DNA from: Chroococcus sp. CMT-3BRIN-NPC107
GTDB taxonomy: Bacteria; Cyanobacteriota; Cyanobacteriia; Cyanobacteriales; Chroococcidiopsidaceae
DNA: 64,000 bases
Direction: 5' to 3'
Assembly (NCBI GenBank): GCA_019359635.1
Contig: JAHHGY010000008.1
Coordinates: forward strand, 6,768 to 70,767
Within the stretch, counting starts at the first letter, position 1; each line of letters starts with the position of its first letter. The translations under genes were made by a program, and so were the position numbers. The notes beneath the pieces were generated by a model. It saw nothing but the letters and a program-made list of their open reading frames with translations. It was not told the DNA's origin and made no database searches. Shown here piece after piece: positions 60,877-64,000 of the stretch.

Positions 60877-62064
60877 ATGCAATTACCCATTCCCCTGCAA
60901 ACAGTTCTTCAAGATCGCTATCGTTTGATCGACATTTTAGGTCAAGGGGGGTTTGGGCGTACCTATTTAGCAGAAGATATAGGGCGCTTTAACGAGCTTT
61001 GCGCCCTTAAAGAATTGATTCCCTTTCAACGTAAGCCAGATTCTTTAATCTCGGCAAAACAATTATTTCAAAAAGAAGCAAGCATTTTATACAAAATTCA
61101 CCATCCCCAAATTCCCCAATTTAGAGCCACTTTCGAGCAAGATGAACGCTTATTTTTAGTTCAAGATTATGTGGAAGGTAAAACTTATTGGAAACTACTA
61201 CAAGAAAAACAAGCCAAAGGTAAAACTTTCACTGAAATAGAAGCCATACAATTATTGCAGCAAATATTACCCGTACTTGCTCACCTACATATTAGAGGGA
61301 TTATTCACCGTGATATTTCTCCAGATAATATTATTCGGCGCGAAATCGATTCTAAGCCTGTATTGATTGATTTTGGGGTAGTAAATGAAATAGCCACCCG
61401 AATTCAAGCAATTAACCCGGCGGTAAAAACAACGGTAGGAAAGTTAGGCTACGCCCCCATTGAACAAATGCAAACAGGCAGAGCTTACGCTAGTAGCGAC
61501 TTATACTCGTTAGCAGTGAGTATTATAGTTTTACTTACAGGCAAGCAACCCCCAGAATTGTTTGATGACGAACAATTTATTTGGAATTGGCAAGGGTGGA
61601 CAAAGGTAAGTCAAGAATTTGCCGCCTTGCTCGATCGGATGCTTAGTTACAAGCCAAGCGATCGCTATCAATCGGTTGCCGAAGTTGCTAAAGTGTTGCA
61701 ATCTGTAGCAACTCCCCAAAGCCCTGAATTACAAACCCCTGATAGTCCACAGCCTCTAGGTGCATTGCCCACAGAACAAAATTTTTCTCTCCCAGCTACT
61801 GCCCCCTCGCAAGTCAATACAATAGCAATAGGTCGCCGTCCCGATGAACTTAAGCCAATTATTACCAAAAAACTGCAACCAACAGCTACCAAGCTTTCTA
61901 TATGGGAACGTTGGTGGGCGATCGCTCTTACTTTTGTAGCAGTGGCTTTAATTGCTGGCGGTAGTTCTTTATTATTTGTAAGTTGGTTATTAAGCCAAAA
62001 TAATCAAGTAGAACCGCAAACTTTTCCTTCACCGCTCATCTCCGAACCACCTACATCTAATTAA
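60877..62064 (+). CDS. Ser/Thr protein kinase with C-terminal TM helix
   Basis: LGQGGFG, ALKE, HRDISPDN, DFG, GYAPIEQ. Confidence 0.93.
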   Translation: MQLPIPLQTVLQDRYRLIDILGQGGFGRTYLAEDIGRFNELCALKELIPFQRKPDSLISAKQLFQKEASILYKIHHPQIPQFRATFEQDERLFLVQDYVEGKTYWKLLQEKQAKGKTFTEIEAIQLLQQILPVLAHLHIRGIIHRDISPDNIIRREIDSKPVLIDFGVVNEIATRIQAINPAVKTTVGKLGYAPIEQMQTGRAYASSDLYSLAVSIIVLLTGKQPPELFDDEQFIWNWQGWTKVSQEFAALLDRMLSYKPSDRYQSVAEVAKVLQSVATPQSPELQTPDSPQPLGALPTEQNFSLPATAPSQVNTIAIGRRPDELKPIITKKLQPTATKLSIWERWWAIALTFVAVALIAGGSSLLFVSWLLSQNNQVEPQTFPSPLISEPPTSN

Positions 62065-62073
62065 CAGGATATT

Positions 62074-62772
62074 TTGAACGCATTACTAATTACTGGTACA
62101 GATACCGAAACGGGTAAAACCGTTTTAACTTGCGCCCTTGCAGCTTATTGGCAAAAGTTTGTTTCTGCTAATTTTGGAATTATGAAGCTAATTCAAGCCG
62201 GAATTGGCGATCGCGAACTGTACGCACAATTGTTTGTCCATCAATCTATTGATGAAATCAACCCGCTATATTTTGATGCCCCTTTAGCCCCACCTATAGC
62301 CGCCGTCAAGGAAGGGCGCAGCGTAGATTTAGGTTTAGTATGGCAAAAGTTGCAGCAATTGCAGGTGGCGCAAGATTGGGTGTTAGTAGAAGCGTTAGGG
62401 GGATTAGGCTCTCCTGTAACTTACGAATTTACCGTAGCCGACTTAGCTGCCGAATGGCGATTACCAACGGTTTTAGTCGTTCCCGTGAAATTAGGCGCAA
62501 TTTCTCAAGCCGTGGCGAATGTGGCTTTAGCTAGACTTACAGGTGTTGCTCTTAAAGGCATTATTTTAAACTGCGTTCAGCCAATGTCTGAGGAGCAAAT
62601 TAGCGATTTGACACCAATAAACTTAATTCAATCTCTAACTAATATACCTGTACTAGGTTGCTTGCCTTACTTAGATAACCCCAGAGATTTAGATAAATTA
62701 GCTCAAGCAGCAGCAAATTTAGACCTAGAAAGATTGATGCCGTCTTTGAAGGCAAGTGTCAAGATAAAGTAA
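62074..62772 (+). CDS. bioD: Dethiobiotin synthase
   Basis: [37 protein letters not shown]. Confidence 0.94.
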   Translation: MNALLITGTDTETGKTVLTCALAAYWQKFVSANFGIMKLIQAGIGDRELYAQLFVHQSIDEINPLYFDAPLAPPIAAVKEGRSVDLGLVWQKLQQLQVAQDWVLVEALGGLGSPVTYEFTVADLAAEWRLPTVLVVPVKLGAISQAVANVALARLTGVALKGIILNCVQPMSEEQISDLTPINLIQSLTNIPVLGCLPYLDNPRDLDKLAQAAANLDLERLMPSLKASVKIK

Positions 62773-62787
62773 ATAGGCAGGAACTTT

Positions 62788-63250
62788 ATGCAGGCTCTAA
62801 TACATTTAATTAGTCCAACTTTAAGCCCAAAGGTTTTATCAATAATTCCGGCTGGAAAAAGCATCTTACTAAAAAATACTACTTGGCAAACTTTTGCAGC
62901 TTTGTTGGTTGCCATTAGTAAGCCTAATAAAGGAATTTTAGAAATTATTGCTTTTTTGCTAGAGCATGAATACTATATCGATTCGTCCCCTGACTTAGGA
63001 TTAGAAGTTAATATTGCTCATACATCTCAAAATTGATTGTCGATTTTTGTTCAACTTAAAGTTCCCGAATGGCACTACGAGCAAGAACAAAGCGAAATCT
63101 ATTAGTTGCAAAATAATATTTATGTTGAAACTCATATTAGTCGCCCCAATCCTCGCTTCCCCAGAACAAATAATTCCCTTTCTCTAGTCCAAGCGAGGAT
63201 TGGGAACAAAAATATACGTCTAACTTGCCGCAATTAGGTAAAACAAATAA
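62788..63250 (+). pseudogene. Degraded Uma2 (DUF820) endonuclease gene
   Basis: Fragments ILLKNTTWQTF, GILEII..LLEHEYY, PDLGLEVNI, LKVPEW, LQNNIYVE, with deletions, stops and a frameshift; end approximate. Confidence 0.65.
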
Positions 63251-63287
63251 GCTTGCTTAAAATTGTTTAATTTAAAACTTACTAAAC

Positions 63288-64000
63288 ATGATTGCTACTT
63301 CAACAACTCCCCTTAATATCGACTTATCTAGCATTCGAGAAGAAATTAAAGCCTTACAGCCGCAAATTGTCCAATGGCGGCGACAAATTCATCAATACCC
63401 AGAATTAGGCTTTAAAGAACACTTAACGGCGCAATTTATTACTCACAAGCTCCAAGAATGGGGCATAGAACATCAAACAGAAATTGCCCATACGGGAATA
63501 GTTGCCACTATCGGCAGCCACAAAATCGGGAAAGTATTGGCAATTCGGGCAGATATGGATGCTTTGCCAATTCAAGAACAAAACGAAGTAGATTATTGCT
63601 CGAAACACGATGGGATCATGCACGCTTGCGGACATGATGGGCATACTGCGATCGCTCTTGCTACAGCCTACTACTTATCCCAACACCGCGATGATTTTAC
63701 AGGAATTGTCAAAATTATCTTTCAACCCGCCGAAGAAGCCCCAGGGGGTGCTAAACCAATGATTGCTGCCGGGGTATTAACTAATCCTGATGTTGATGCG
63801 ATTATTGGCTTGCACTTGTGGAACAATTTACCCCTGGGTACGGTAGGAGTGCGCGAAGGTGCTTTGATGGCGGCAGTGGAGTGTTTTCGCGCTCGAATTT
63901 TAGGCAAAGGCGGACATGGAGCGATGCCTCATCAAACCGTAGACTCAATTTTAGTTGGAGCGCAAATTGTCAACGCCTTGCAAACTATTGTGGCGCGAAA
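63288..64000 (+). CDS. M20-family amidohydrolase (5' part; runs off window)
   Basis: Manual translation: WRRQIHQYPELGFKE, IRADMDALPI, MHACGHDGH, FQPAEE, GKGGHGAMPH. Confidence 0.92.
   Translation, partial: MIATSTTPLNIDLSSIREEIKALQPQIVQWRRQIHQYPELGFKEHLTAQFITHKLQEWGIEHQTEIAHTGIVATIGSHKIGKVLAIRADMDALPIQEQNEVDYCSKHDGIMHACGHDGHTAIALATAYYLSQHRDDFTGIVKIIFQPAEEAPGGAKPMIAAGVLTNPDVDAIIGLHLWNNLPLGTVGVREGALMAAVECFRARILGKGGHGAMPHQTVDSILVGAQIVNALQTIVAR

Larger units (their letters stand above)
107..63656. repeat. HIP1 octamer GCGATCGC dispersed across the window
   Basis: Dozens of copies in coding and intergenic DNA (e.g. 107-114, 34814, 34838, 59318, 59338); not counted exactly. Confidence 0.95.

Noticed and set aside
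642-63907. Many short antisense/overlapping ORFs in the ORF track (e.g. 17738-18334, 20713-21129, 39676-40059, 54324-54743)
   Set aside because: Shadow frames of well-supported genes, with no motifs of their own
1-64000. tRNA, rRNA, intact IS transposase, integrase or prophage genes
   Set aside because: None recognised by eye; small RNAs could be missed without covariance searches

Overview
Cyanobacterial chromosomal DNA: the HIP1 octamer GCGATCGC recurs throughout and the genes are typical of cyanobacteria. The centre (16.3-45.2 kb) is a scytonemin (UV-A sunscreen) cluster on the minus strand: scyABCDEF, two uncharacterised repeat proteins with PEP-CTERM tails, eboABC-dsbA/frnE-eboDEF, trpE(G)-C-A-B-D and tyrA, with a divergent PAS histidine kinase and AraC-type response regulator. 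The flanks carry housekeeping genes (mtnA, dxs, queG, ilvN, murT, rsmG, prs, bioD), a helical carotenoid protein, a MacAB-like exporter and a VapBC-like module. Three relics are present: a toxin/immunity pair, an amber-interrupted dienelactone hydrolase and a Uma2 gene. Most notable: (1) five consecutive PEP-CTERM proteins, two lacking signal peptides, one a predicted Trp-ladder beta-roll; (2) three 35-52 bp duplications of gene termini beside small inserts, two next to the same G-rich dispersed repeat; (3) an unannotated degraded polymorphic toxin/immunity pair. All family calls come from motif recognition by eye; no database searches were run.
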